Below are positions 40,348 through 58,237 of a DNA stretch of 64,000 bases, one piece after another. The first letter of the stretch is position 1. Every line of letters begins with the position of its first letter. The DNA is taken from assembly GCF_009914755.1 (NCBI RefSeq), contig NC_060930.1. One strand, given 5' to 3'. Source of the DNA: the human T2T-CHM13v2.0 reference genome, Homo sapiens. The notes under the pieces are model-generated. The model saw only the letters and a list, made by a program, of their open reading frames with translations. It was not told the origin of the DNA and did no database searches. Made by a program: the position numbers and the translations under genes.

Positions 40348-40841
40348 ATTTTTTTTTAAGAGCACAAATCCACGTTTATTTATTGACTTTTCTTTTTTCT
40401 TTCTTCTCTTTTTTTCTCTTTTTCTTTTTTTCTTTTTTTTGAGACGGAGTCTCGCTCTGTTGCCCAGGCTAGAGTGCAGTGGCACGATCTCGACTCACTG
40501 CAACCTCCACCTTCCAGGTTCAAGCAGTTCTCTGCCTCAGCCTCCCAAGTAGCTGGGATTACAGGTGCCCGCCACCACACCCGGCTTTTTTGTATTTTTA
40601 GTAGAGACGGGGTTTCACCATCTTGGCCAGGCTGGTCTTGAACTCCTGACCTCGTGATTCACCCGCCTCAGCCTCCCAAAGTGCTGGGATGACAGGCGTG
40701 AGCCACCGCACCCGGCCTATTGACTTTTCATTAGTTTAAATCCTTGAAGGGTACAGCATCACTCGGATTCTGTGTCCAATAGCCTTAGTGGGAAGATTGC
40801 TTCAGAATTTGGCACGAATCATGTCACTGTTTCCGTGGGCC
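40348..40841 (-). pseudogene. RPL35AP4: 5'-truncated processed pseudogene of RPL35A, with an Alu (40393-40717) in its 3'UTR
   Basis: Minus strand encodes [33 protein letters not shown], with terminal TAA at 40738-40736. A 3'UTR with AATAAA and an A tail follows. Alu TSD tattgacttttc at 40381-40392 and 40718-40729. The P4 number is inferred from locus position. Confidence 0.88.
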
Positions 40842-40897
40842 TGCCTCAGCCTCCCGAGTAGCTGGGATTACAGGCGGCCGCCACCACGCCTGGCTAA

Positions 40898-41119
<222 letters not shown>

Positions 41120-42649
41120 TAGCCAGGATGGTCTCGATCTCCTGACCTCGTGATCCGCCCGCCTCGGCCTCCCAAAGTGCTAGGATTACAGGTGTGAGCC
41201 AACGCGCCCGGCCACCAAATAGTGTAATTTTTACAGTTACACTTTGTAACTAGTGTTGCTGAAGACGGAAATGCAATTGATTTTGAAAATTGATTTTTTC
41301 CTCTTACTGATTTTTTATCCATCAACCTTGCTAAACTTATTTATCAATTCTATCTGAATTTTATTTTAGGGATGCTGCACATGCAATAATTTCATCTGCG
41401 AATATTAACATTAATGTTTCTTGTAGTCCTTATATATTTGTTGCTTATTGGACTGGCTACAACTTCCATTGTTTTATTGATGAGGATTATTGAGAGCAGG
41501 CATCCTTGCCTTGTTCCCCATCTTGAAAGGAACGCTTTCAACATTTCCCCATTATGGTGATGTGTTTTGCGAAATTTTTGAAGATGTCCTTTATCAGCTT
41601 CTGGAGTTTTAAAAAAAATATCAACGGGTGTTGAATATTTTGAGTGACTTTGCTGCATCAATTGAGATGAATACATTTTCCCCCTTTAATCTGCTAATGG
41701 GTCTATATTTCTCCATTCCATTTAAATTTTTTTTTAATTTGATAAATATCTTTTGCTATATGTTTCTTCTCAGGTCTCCCTTCTCAGTTATCCCCCTTTA
41801 CCTTCCATTGTTGGTTTTCTCTAGTTTCTTCCTTTTCTTTTTACTGTGTTCTCTTCAAGCTCTTGCTTTTTGGAGTTTTCCCAGGATATCAAAGGTTGGG
41901 GGGATGGCAACATGGTTTTCAGACAGTGTGTCTCCCCACAATCTGCTTCTCTCTACAAGCTTGTTTGAAGCCAAGTTAAAGCAATGGATAGAAGACGGCA
42001 GCGCGGGTGTCAGACCTGCCAATTTCCAACTGCACACCAAATCCCCGAACATATGCTTGAGGCCCCTGCCTTTCGGTTTCATAAATAAAACCCTGTCCTG
42101 ACTACCTCCAGGATTGGATGGAAACTCGGATGAGTAAATATGGTAGAACGACTTTGCAAACTAGCACCCTATTCACACGTAAGGGGTTGCTCTTGTCACC
42201 GAGACTGTTAGAGGCAACGTGAGTTAACAGAAATAGCTTGGATTTTGAAGCTAATGGAATCTAGATCCATTCCTAACCAGCAGTGTGACCTTATTGTGTA
42301 ATCTTTCTGAACCTGTCTCCATCCATCTCTACAAAGAATGTGGCACAATGTAGGAACTCAGTGAATTTTCGTGATTAAAAGACGAGATAATACAGGTGCA
42401 CAATCTGCAAAACATAAAATACTCCATAAATGGAAGCAGTAAATCTTCCCCGAGCTCGAGACTCCAAAGGCCCTGAGCCCAGTACCAGTAACAGCACCCA
42501 GGTAAGTAGGCTGGCTGAGAGAAGAGGGCTATAAAGAAAAGTTCTTTCCTGAGCTTTGAATCCCCACTGTCAGGCTTCAATGGAGCGCAAAAATTCCTAA
42601 ATTTGGTGAGAAATGGCAACATTACCAGGGAATGAACAGACCAGGCCAC

Positions 42650-43570
42650 TCACATCCACGTGAGGGCTCCAGGAGCCACTTCCGGGCCCAGTCAACCACG
42701 ACCAGGAGAGGCAGCGCTGGAGCCTCAATCACGTCGACGGAAAACAAGTGCGCTCCCTACTGCAGTCACCAGGAGGCGCTAGTCCCGCCTGTCTCCCGGC
42801 ACGGGTCCTCGTTTGCGCACGCGTCATTTCTTTCCTCCAGCGTCCCCGCCCCTTCTCCTCCGGCCGCCACCAGTTTCGCTTGGCCAGTTGCGTTCGTGCG
42901 GCGACGTCCACGCATTTTCTGACGTAGCGAGCGACGGCGGGGAGCCGAGCGGAAGTCCAGCACTATTGCCGCTAGAGGAGGGGAGGGGTGAGAAGCATAA
43001 GTGGCACCGGAAGTGGAATTAATCCGCCTACCTCTCCTGCGCCTGCGAAACAGAAAAGACAAGGCGCCTGTCGGGCGGGGTGTGGCTTCGGGTGGCGGAG
43101 AACGCTGCGATTGGCCCTCGGCTGTGGCGACAGCGACGATTGGTCCCTGCGTGCAGAGCGCGGTGAGAGTGGGTGGTGGCCGTTGGAATTCAAAAGTGGC
43201 GGGTGTGGCGCGGGGCTGGTAGCGGCCGGAGCCGTGCGAGTTCTCTACCCTGCTTCGCGAGCGGGCGAGAGAACGCGAGTCCCAGGATCCCCGGCACCCA
43301 GTTCTCTTCCACTGCATTCCCCCGGCGCGTGTGGGACCGAGGTGGACATGGATCCGCAGGTGAGTAGGGGCGGCGCAGGTGTCCTGCCCTGGGGATGGGG
43401 ACGAAGGCTGACCGCTCCGATGCTGTCGCGCCCCCGGCTCCCGGTCGGCCTTTGTCATGTCTACCGGGAGAGCGAAGGTCCGTGCGCCCCCGCACAAGTG
43501 GAAAGGGGCGGAGGCAGGAGTGGAGACGGCTTAGAGCACCCGGGGAGGTCGGAAGGCACGTCTGTCTGCC
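42650..43570. promoter_or_regulatory. KIFC1: KIFC1 CpG-island promoter with ETS, NF-Y, MYB and CHR motifs
   Basis: High CpG density. CCGGAAGTG at 43007-43015, inverted CCAAT boxes (ATTGG) at 43110-43114 and 43139-43143, CCGTTG (MYB) at 43180-43185, TTCAAA (reverse CHR TTTGAA) at 43189-43194. Confidence 0.9.
43348..43359 (+). CDS. KIFC1: KIFC1 exon 1 coding part (MDPQ)
   Basis: gacATGg strong Kozak context; donor CAG/gtgagt. Confidence 0.95.
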
Positions 43571-44189
43571 CTCCCCTAGCTTCAAGTTTCTGGAGCCCCT
43601 CCCTTAACTTTCATGTCTCCGAGATTTCTCATTTCGAATTCTCAGGCTCGTCTGACACATTTCCACTTCTTTATTCCTACTCAGGGTGTGATTGCAGTGT
43701 GTAAGAAGGGAGAGTTCTGATATGACTTCTTCCTTTTGGGGACATGGTGTCTGAGGCCACATCCTTGCTGAGGTCCTTTTGTGTTAATCGCCTCTCCTTA
43801 TCACTGCTGCTTCGGAGTGTAGGAAAGGGAGAAGGAGAGTAGGGTAATCTGGGCCAAAAGACTTCTCATTCTCTCTCTCCTTTCCCAAATTGTGCAGATT
43901 CCTGCCCAATGAAACTGATTGATTTAGTTCTTTCTCTTAAATGGTGCCCTGCTGCACCCCACAACCATATGCAGCTTCCTGTCTCCAGTGAAGAGAGATG
44001 AATGTGTGTGACAGCTGGAGTGTACTTATCTCTGGTGCCAGGAAAGGTCTGCCTGAATCCTTTGTTTACTAGTATTTCACGTTCAGGTTTCCCTGAAGTT
44101 AGGATTCAGCCTTAAGAGAGATTCTTTCTCTCGTGACAACCAGAGAGCAGAGTAGTATTATGTGACAGTAAGAAGTAGTAAAAGCCTTC

Positions 44190-46600
<2,411 letters not shown>

Positions 46601-47784
46601 AGTACCTGTTAGGGAAAGCAGAGTTCAGATTCTTTTAGTTTCGAAGAAATAATAGAGTTTGTGGTATGCCAATTGGAGTGATGCCATAGAGTACAAAGCT
46701 GATGGTGCAGAGGTGAGAAGGGAGGATTGCTGGAGGAATGTTCCTGAAACTGGGAGGATTTGGCGAGTCCAGGATTTGGTGAGGAGGGATGGGAATGTGA
46801 TGCATATATGAAAGGGTTGCCTTAGGAGCAGGGCCATCCACCTCTGATCTTGTGGTGAGGTGGATGTAGGCAGGGTTGCATGAATATCTGTTCTTATAGA
46901 AGGTTAAGTGCTTATGCTTCTCACTGTGGAAAGTTGGAGGGCATCATTCTAGCTTTATATTAATAGATGGGAAAAATATATATACTGTGGTCTTTGGAGT
47001 TGTCCTGAATAAACAAACCTTTAAACACATTTTCTGAACCGGCATAAATTCCAAGGAGGTAGGTCTGTAGCAGATCCACTACGGTAGTGTAGAGAGGAGG
47101 AAGGGCACAGGTTATTTTTAAAAATTAGTGTTTGACTTTGGAATACTTAAAGAAAAATTTGGTTTCCATACTATATTTGATTACACTAAATTAAAATAAG
47201 CTTTCTTTGTGCACACTTCTGTAGGTGGCAGGAAAAATGCTACCTCTTTTTTTCCCTTTTTATTTTTATAGAAGCCAATGGTATGGATATATCACAGTTT
47301 AAGTATTGCCCCACTGATGAACATTCAATTTCATTCCTTCAAAAACTGTAGAGTCCTACCATGTAGCAGACATTGTACTAGGCCCTCTGGTTATATAGTT
47401 ATGAACAAAACAGATGAATTCTTATGGTGCTCACAGTCTTATGTAGGGGTTATGATAATAAAAACAAAAGAAAACAGTGTATCAGGTTGTTTCATGATTT
47501 TTAAAAATAATGATGCTCTGTGAACTTCCTTGAGTAAATCTCACTGTATCACGGGTAGCTCAAACTCACTTTCCCAAAATTGAACTTAGCATCCATGAAA
47601 CCAATCCTGCTGGGTCCAGTGGCATGTGCTTGTTGTCCTAGGCACTTAAGAGGCTAAGGCAGGAGGAGCACTTGAACTCAAAGTTCAAAGCCAGCTTGGG
47701 CAACCCTGTCTCAAAAACAAATAAACAAAAAACAACTCTTCAGGTACTCAGATCTCTGTGTTATTTCTTTTCTTTTTCTTTTTC

Positions 47785-47815
<31 letters not shown>

Positions 47816-48007
47816 TTGAGACAGGATCTCAATATGTCGCCCAGGCTGGAGTGCTGGAGTGCAGTGGCATGATCACGGCTCACTGCAGCCTTGATCTGGG
47901 CCCAAGCCATCCTCCCACCTCAGCCTCCCTTGTAGCTGGGACCACAGGCAAATGTCATCTGGTTCGCTAAGGTGGATGTCTGCCTAGCTTAGCCCTCAAG
48001 CTTCTAG

Positions 48008-48253
<246 letters not shown>

Positions 48254-48378
48254 TAGGATGGTCTTGATCTCCTGACCTTGTGATCTGCCCGCCTCGGCCT
48301 CCCAAAGTGCTGGGATTATAGGCATAAGCCACCGCGCCTGGCCAAGTTCTTTTTTTTTTTTTTTTTTTTGAGACGTAG

Positions 48379-48894
<516 letters not shown>

Positions 48895-49390
48895 TGATCT
48901 GCCCACCTCTGCCTCCCAAAGTGCTGGGATTACAGGCATAAGCCACTGCACCCGGTCCAGGTGAAACATTTCAAACATGGCTCAGTAAATATTGCCTGAT
49001 TCTCCCAAGCAGTCTTCAACACTCACATATCTTCCACTCTCTCCCTTGTTTATGATTCTCAGCTCCAGCCAAAAGGGCCAGTTGGTTTCTTAGCCATGCT
49101 ATGTACATATTTGAATTTTTGCCTTCCAGGAAGAGCATCCATTCCTCTCTGCTTGTTTGAGTCCCACCCTTAAAGTTAGTCAAGTCCAGCTTTTCCCCTA
49201 GAGGTTATTCCCACTTTTAGGTTATGTCCTCACTTCTGTTCATGCTGTCTGGCACATAATTCAGCTTTTGGCACAAGTGGTGCTCAGTGCTTGGTGGTGG
49301 TGTTGACAATTGAGGCTGGGGGCCAAGACAGGAAGTTCTTGGGACATTTGGGCTCCTGGGTATTGTCTTAAGGGTCTCTTTTCCCAACAG

Positions 49391-49528
49391 AGGTCCCCCC
49401 TATTGGAAGTAAAGGGGAACATAGAACTGAAGAGACCTCTGATTAAGGCCCCTTCCCAGCTGCCTCTCTCAGGAAGCAGACTCAAGAGGAGGCCTGACCA
49501 GATGGAAGATGGCCTGGAGCCTGAGAAG
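49391..49528 (+). CDS. KIFC1: KIFC1 exon 2
   Basis: cccaacag/AGG ... AAG/gtgagc; RSPLLEVKGNIELKRP...KRRPDQMEDGLEPEK. Confidence 0.96.
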
Positions 49529-49649
49529 GTGAGCTGGGCATGGAGAGCTGTGCATGTGTGTGGGGGGTGTGTGTGTGTGAAAGAAAGGAGAGAGAGAGTA
49601 TAAACCATTAGGGAGGGTGACTATGGACCTTGTCTTTATCTTTCCCCAG

Positions 49650-49749
49650 AAACGGACAAGAGGCCTGGGTGCAACGACCAAAATTACCACATCCCACCCA
49701 AGAGTTCCATCCCTCACTACAGTGCCACAGACACAAGGCCAGACCACAG
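49650..49749 (+). CDS. KIFC1: KIFC1 exon 3
   Basis: ttccccag/AAA ... CAG/gtgggc; KRTRGLGATTKITTSHP completes a bipartite NLS-like basic motif. Confidence 0.96.
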
Positions 49750-51364
49750 GTGGGCTCTCAGGATGGATAGACTCCAAGGACATGGAAGTCCAGTGCTCTT
49801 CAACTCACTTGTTTCTTTTCTTTCAATTTTATTTTATTTTTTTTGAGACAGAGTCTCGCTCTATCGCCCAGGCTGGAGTGCAGTGGCTCAATCTCACTCA
49901 CTGCAACCTCCTCCTCCCAGGTTCAAACGATTCTCCTACCTCAGCCTCCCGAGTAGCTGGGATTACAGGTGCCCACACCATGCCCAGCTAATTTTTGTAT
50001 TTTTTTCAGTAGAGATGGGGTTTCGCCATGTTGGCCAGGCTGGTCTTGAACTCCTGACCTCAGGTGATCCACCCGCCTCTGCCTTCCAAAGTGCTGGGAT
50101 TATAGGTGTGAGGCACCGCACCCAGCCTATTTTGAATAGGTAATAACATTTCATTTGGTTCAAAATTCCAAAGGCACAAAGGTTGTTGTATAGTGAAGTT
50201 TGCTTCCTATTTCTGTCCTCCAGCCACCCAATTCTGCTACCCAGGGCAACTGTGTGTTCTTCCAGGGAAATTCTATTGGTATTCAAGCAAGTAAGACTAT
50301 ACTCCCCCACCTTTTTTACATAAATGGTGGCATACTTTAGACATGGTCCTGCTTTTACTTATCTTAATCCAAATTGCTTTTTGGCATATGGAGTACAGTT
50401 GGCCCTCTGTATCCGTGGGTTCTGCTTCTGCAGATTCAACCAACCATCGGTTGAAAATATTCAAGGAGAGTGGGCACAGTGGCTCATGCCTGTAATCCCA
50501 GCACTTTGGGGGGCCAAGGTGTGTAGATTACCTGAGGTCCGGAGTTCCAGACCAGCCTGGCCAATATGGTTGAAACCCTGTCTCTACTAAAAATATAAAA
50601 TTAGCCAGACGTGATGGCCCGTGCCTGTAATCCCAGCTACTCTGGAGGCTGAGGCAGGAGAATTGCTTAGAACCCAGGAGGTGGAGGTTGCAGTGAGCCG
50701 AGATTGTGCCAGCCTGGCGACAGAGCGAGACTCGGTCTCAAAAAAAAAAATGAGAAAATATTCATGGAAAATAAAAAATAAAACCAAAAAATACAGTATA
50801 ACAGTTATGGTCATGTGTCACTTGGCAATGCAGATACATTATCAGAAATGCATTATTGTGGAAACATCATAGAATGTACTTACTGAAACCTAGATGATCT
50901 AGCCTGCTACACACCTAGGCTATCTGCGATAGCCTATTGTTCTTGGGCAACAAGCCTGTGTGGCGTGTTACTATACTGAAGCATGGTAGGTAACATAACA
51001 CAGTGGTAACCATTTGTGTATATAAACATACCTAAACATAGAAAAGGTACAGTTAAAATATAATATAAATGATAAAAAATGGCACACCTGTACAGGGTAC
51101 TAACCATTAAATGGAGCATGTTTGAATGGAAGTTGCTCTGGGTGAGTTAGTGAGTGAGTGGTGAGTGAATGTGAAGGCCTAGGGCCTTACTGTACACTGC
51201 TGTAGACTTTAGAAACATGGTACAGTTAGGCTACATCAAATTTATAAAAAATAGTTCTTTTATAATAAATTAACCTTAGTTTACTATAACTATTTTACTT
51301 TATAAACTTAACATTTTTTTTCCCACTTGCCAAGGCTGATGTAACATTTTAATCTTTTTTTAAC

Positions 51365-52312
<948 letters not shown>

Positions 52313-52461
52313 TAACTTTTTGACTCTTGTAATAACAACTGAAAACACAAACATTGTATAGCTTTACAGAAATATTTTATTCCTTTATATCCTTATTCCT
52401 CATGCTTTTTTTCTATCTAAATTTTGTTTTGGGCGGGGAGCATATATTCAGGGCAATATGA

Positions 52462-52701
<240 letters not shown>

Positions 52702-53031
52702 TAGTCAGGATGGTCTCGATCTCCTGACCTCGTGATCCGCCCGCCTCAGCCTCCCAAAGTGCTGGGATTACAGACATGAGTTACTGCGCCCCGCCTGAAA
52801 TTCTTTTTTTAATTTAAAATTTTATTTATTTGTATTTTTTCCAAGAAATAAGCTTAAATTTGAAAAATTTTAAATATTATTTTGCTTTTCAAACTTTTTG
52901 TTAAAAACGAAGAAATATACACATTAGCCTAGGCCTACATAGGGTCAGGATCATCAACATCACTGGCTTTCACCTCCACATCTTGTCTCACTGGAAGATC
53001 TTCAGGGGCAGTAACACACATGGAGATGTGA

Positions 53032-53247
<216 letters not shown>

Positions 53248-53981
53248 TAGGAGAGACGGGGTTTCACCGTGTTAGCCAGGATGGTCTCAATCTCCTGACC
53301 CCTTGATCTGCCCACCTCGGCCTCCCAAAGTGCTGGGATTACAGGCGTGAGCCACAGTGCCTGGCCTGGAATGCCTTTTGAATGACATGCCTGAGGCTGT
53401 TTTATAGTTAACTGTTTTTGCAAATAGAAGGAGTATACCCTAAAATAACAATAAAAAGTACAGTACGGTAAATATATAAACTAGTAACATAGTCATTATC
53501 ATTATTAGGTATTATGTACTATATGTAATTATATGTGTTATACTTTTATACAACTGGCAGTGCATTAGGTTCGTTTATATCAGAATCACCACAAACAGGT
53601 GAGGAATGCTATGACATTACCATGGCTATAATGTCACTAGGCAATAGGAATTTTTAGCTCCATTATAATGTTACGGGGCTACTGTTGTATATGCAGTCTG
53701 TCATTGACCGAAATGTCATTATGGGCACATGACTGTATTAACATAGCATTTACATTGTGTTAGATATTATAAGTAATCTAAAGATGATTTAAAGTATATG
53801 CGGCTGGATGTGGTGGCTCACGCCTGTAATCCCAGCACTTTGGGAGGCTGAGGCAGGCAGATCACCTGAGGTCAGGAGTTTGAGACCAGCCTGGCCAACA
53901 TGCTGAAAACCTGTCTCTACTAAAAATACAAAAAAAAAAAAATTAGCCAGGCGTGGTGGCGCTTGCCTGTAATCCCAGCTA

Positions 53982-54137
<156 letters not shown>

Positions 54138-54188
54138 TCAGGAGTTTGAGGCCAGCCTAATCAACATGGTGAAACCCCGTCTTTACTA

Positions 54189-54353
<165 letters not shown>

Positions 54354-54675
54354 TCAATAAATAAAGTATATGGGAGCGTGTGCATAGACTATATTTAATA
54401 CTATATACCTATTTATGTAAGGGACTTGGGCATCCTTGGATTTTGGTATTCTTGGGGGGTGCTGGAATCAACCCCTTTTGGATACTGAGGGATGACTGTA
54501 ATTTCTGGTTCTAGGGGAGGTATCATTAGGAGCTGGCCAGACTTAGGGATAAGGGAAGGAAGTTATCCTATTTCTAATTCTGAGAAAAGCACTTCTTCTG
54601 CCCCTGTCCTAGCAAGTGTACATGCCATCTTAAGAATGATCATTCTACCTTTGCTCTCTCCCATCTCCTGGGCAG

Positions 54676-54729
54676 CTCAAAAAGTTTCCAAGAAGACAGG
54701 ACCCCGGTGTTCCACAGCTATTGCCACAG
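54676..54729 (+). CDS. KIFC1: KIFC1 exon 4
   Basis: gggcag/CT ... CAG/gtaact; QKVSKKTGPRCSTAIAT. Confidence 0.95.
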
Positions 54730-54846
54730 GTAACTGTGCTCAAGAGCTGGGTCTGAGAAGGGATTTGGGGTATGTGTAAAGGGAGAATGATGGAGGTGGA
54801 GGGACACTGGTCCTGTAATTCCTAAGTCACCTCCTCAATTCTGTAG

Positions 54847-54897
54847 GGTTGAAGAACCAGAAGCCAGTTCCTGCTGTTCCTGTCCAGAAGTCTGGCA
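54847..54897 (+). CDS. KIFC1: KIFC1 exon 5
   Basis: ctgtag/GG ... GCA/gtaagt; LKNQKPVPAVPVQKSG. Confidence 0.95.
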
Positions 54898-55090
54898 GTA
54901 AGTGACAAACATAACCACTGGGTGAGAGGCTGGGATAGGGAAGAGAAGATGGTGAGTGACCAGAAAAATCCATTTGGTCTCTAAGGGGAAGGAGATGTAG
55001 CATCAGGTGTGGATCCCATAAAGGCTAGAAGGGAGGAGGGATAGAGAGCCTAGACTTCACTGACCTTTGTCCTTTCTGTGTTCATCTTAG

Positions 55091-55491
55091 CATCAGGTGT
55101 TCCTCCCATGGCAGGAGGGAAGAAACCCAGCAAACGTCCAGCCTGGGACTTAAAGGGTCAGTTATGTGACCTAAATGCAGAACTAAAACGGTGCCGTGAG
55201 AGGACTCAAACGTTGGACCAAGAGAACCAGCAGCTTCAGGACCAGCTCAGAGATGCCCAGCAGCAGGTCAAGGCCCTGGGGACAGAGCGCACAACACTGG
55301 AGGGGCATTTAGCCAAGGTACAGGCCCAGGCTGAGCAGGGCCAACAGGAGCTGAAGAACTTGCGTGCTTGTGTCCTGGAGCTGGAAGAGCGGCTGAGCAC
55401 GCAGGAGGGCTTGGTGCAAGAGCTTCAGAAAAAACAGGTGGAATTGCAGGAAGAACGGAGGGGACTGATGTCCCAACTAGAGGAGAAGGAG
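55091..55491 (+). CDS. KIFC1: KIFC1 exon 6 (coiled-coil stalk)
   Basis: tcttag/CA ... GAG/gtaagg; KRPAWDLKGQL followed by heptad-rich sequence. Confidence 0.97.
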
Positions 55492-56213
55492 GTAAGGGCC
55501 AGATTTTCACCAGATGTCAGCCCCGCTTTCCTGGCAGAGGTCATGCCTCCCCTCCCTTCCAGGTACCCCTCAAGTCTGGGCTGAGAACTCCTGAGCACCT
55601 ATCTTTAGCAGTATAGGTGCTGCTGAAGATACCTCTCTCTTGACCTGTCTGCACCCCAGCCCACTCCTGACTGTCTTGCTTTCTGCCACGCTTCTTCCTA
55701 CCCTTGACTGTTTGCAAAGCTCTCATTTAGATCTGTGTCTTTCTTAGTCCTCCATCCCTCTTTCTTTGGGTTCCCATCCTGATCACAAATTCCTGTGGTA
55801 CTCTCTTTCCCTCCTCCCATGTCCACTTGACTCCTTCCTGGTGAGCACCAACTAGATTAAGTTATTTGCAGTCTCTTAAATGACTCAACTTTCACTTCTG
55901 GGCATTCTGCATATGTGCTTCCCTCTTTCTGGAATGTTCTTTGTATACTACATCCTTCCTTGGTTCACTCCTGTACTTCTGGGTGTCACCCTAGATATCA
56001 TCTTCCTTGTGCTCCTCTTTGTGCTTGGACATACCCATAGCACTCCCTGTCTTAGTACCATGATTCCTTATTTTCTCATCTTTCTTTGTTTACCAGACTT
56101 TGAGGTCCTTTTGAGCAGGGACCTCACTTCCACCCACTCCATACGCCCCACAGTTTGTTCTTCTTCTTGGTTGCATCTTACCCTCTGTGTATGTTGTGTT
56201 CTCTTCTGGGCAG

Positions 56214-56993
56214 AGGAGGCTGCAGACATCAGAAGCAGCCCTGTCAAGCAGCCAAGCAGAGGTGGCATCTCTGCGGCAGGAGACTGTGGCCCAGGCAGCC
56301 TTACTGACTGAGCGGGAAGAACGTCTTCATGGGCTAGAAATGGAGCGCCGGCGACTGCACAACCAGCTGCAGGAACTCAAGGGCAACATCCGTGTATTCT
56401 GCCGGGTCCGCCCTGTCCTGCCGGGGGAGCCCACTCCACCCCCTGGCCTCCTCCTGTTTCCCTCTGGCCCTGGTGGGCCCTCTGATCCTCCAACCCGCCT
56501 TAGCCTCTCCCGGTCTGACGAGCGGCGTGGGACCCTGAGTGGGGCACCAGCTCCCCCAACTCGCCATGATTTTTCCTTTGACCGGGTATTCCCACCAGGA
56601 AGTGGACAGGATGAAGTGTTTGAAGAGATTGCCATGCTTGTCCAGTCAGCCCTGGATGGCTATCCAGTATGCATCTTTGCCTATGGCCAGACAGGCAGTG
56701 GCAAGACCTTCACAATGGAGGGTGGGCCTGGGGGAGACCCCCAGTTGGAGGGGCTGATCCCTCGGGCCCTGCGGCACCTCTTCTCTGTGGCTCAGGAGCT
56801 GAGTGGTCAGGGCTGGACCTACAGCTTTGTAGCAAGCTACGTAGAGATCTACAATGAGACTGTCCGGGACCTGCTGGCCACTGGAACCCGGAAGGGTCAA
56901 GGGGGCGAGTGTGAGATTCGCCGTGCAGGGCCAGGGAGTGAGGAGCTCACTGTCACCAATGCTCGATATGTCCCTGTCTCCTGTGAGAAAGAA
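56214..56993 (+). CDS. KIFC1: KIFC1 exon 7 (neck and N-terminal motor domain)
   Basis: gggcag/AGG ... GAA/gtgagg; kinesin-14 neck ELKGNIRVFCRVRP, P-loop GQTGSGKT, SYVEIYNETVRDLL. Confidence 0.98.
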
Positions 56994-57557
56994 GTGAGGA
57001 CCCATGGGCACTGGAACTGGGAAATGGGGAGGAGTGGGCAGGGTGCCACGAGATGGAGGTAGAGGGAGAAAGGAGCAAGAGAGAATTGAAGGATGAAGTG
57101 CAAGTTATCAGGCTGGGTTACCACATCCGGTTTTGGCCTGTGGGCTGTCGGTAGATCTGCCTTAACCTGGGAGTGGCGAGGGAGTGATGCATCTGCCAAA
57201 ACGAGGAGGGTCACTACATCTCATGTCTCATCTTCTTGCTCAGCTCATCCTAGCCATGCTGGCCTCCTGGCTGTTCCTCAACCAGCTAGTCGTGCTCCCC
57301 ATCTCAGGGCCTTTGCCTGGATGCTCTTTCCTGGAGATCTTGGCTATCCTGTCAAAACTTGTGTTCCCCACCCCGCCTTTATACACTCCCTATTCTATGT
57401 ATTCCTTACCATTTTCAGACATACTGTGCATCTTATTTTGTTTCTTGACAGGCTAGAAAGCTTCAAGAGGGTGGGGGTGGGCTCTTATTCATTTCCATAC
57501 ATATTACTATGTACTGACTTCTGCCTGCCTTTTTGCCCCTTCTGCTCCCATCCCCAG

Positions 57558-57848
57558 GTGGACGCCCTGCTTCATCTGGCCCGCCAGAATCGGGCTGTGG
57601 CCCGCACAGCCCAGAATGAACGGTCATCACGCAGCCACAGTGTATTCCAGCTACAGATTTCTGGGGAGCACTCCAGCCGAGGCCTGCAGTGTGGGGCCCC
57701 CCTCAGTCTTGTGGACCTGGCCGGGAGTGAGCGACTTGACCCCGGCTTAGCCCTCGGCCCCGGGGAGCGGGAACGCCTTCGGGAAACACAGGCCATTAAC
57801 AGCAGCCTGTCCACGCTGGGGCTGGTTATCATGGCCCTGAGCAACAAG
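57558..57848 (+). CDS. KIFC1: KIFC1 exon 8 (switch I and II)
   Basis: ccccag/GTG ... AAG/gtggga; [24 protein letters not shown]. Confidence 0.98.
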
Positions 57849-57953
57849 GTGGGAATGGGAGTGGGGTGAGATACGGGACCTGGGGGACAGTTGGGGTTGG
57901 CTGTGCAGAACCCTGCCTATTCCTAAACATCTGTCCCCACCTCAATCATCTAG

Positions 57954-58027
57954 GAGTCCCACGTGCCTTACCGGAACAGCAAACTGACCTACCTGCTGCA
58001 GAACTCTCTGGGTGGTAGTGCTAAGAT
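57954..58027 (+). CDS. KIFC1: KIFC1 exon 9
   Basis: atctag/GAG ... GAT/gtgagt; HVPYRNSKLTYLLQNSLGGSAK. Confidence 0.97.
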
Positions 58028-58161
58028 GTGAGTGAAAGGGACAGATGGAAGGGGTCAGGTAGGAACTGTGTTGGGGTGAGGGGTAGAAAGGGGAACAGTG
58101 GAGACCTGTCCAGGCTCTGCTGGCCCCTAATGCTGGGGTTGGGCACATTGTCTTTTCATAG

Positions 58162-58237
58162 GCTCATGTTTGTGAACATTTCTCCACTGGAAGAGAACGT
58201 CTCCGAGTCCCTCAACTCTCTACGCTTTGCCTCCAAG
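58162..58237 (+). CDS. KIFC1: KIFC1 exon 10
   Basis: tcatag/G ... AAG/gtgcga; LMFVNISPLEENVSESLNSLRFASK. Confidence 0.97.

Noticed and set aside
42766-43704. 238-243 aa ORFs across the KIFC1 promoter
   Set aside because: GC-island artefacts with non-ATG starts. Only MDPQ is used before the GT donor.
55880-57557. Hydrophobic ORF 55880-56311 and intronic extensions of the exon 7 and exon 8 ORFs
   Set aside because: Pyrimidine-rich intron and old repeat sequence read in frame. The spliced model already gives a complete 673-aa KIFC1.
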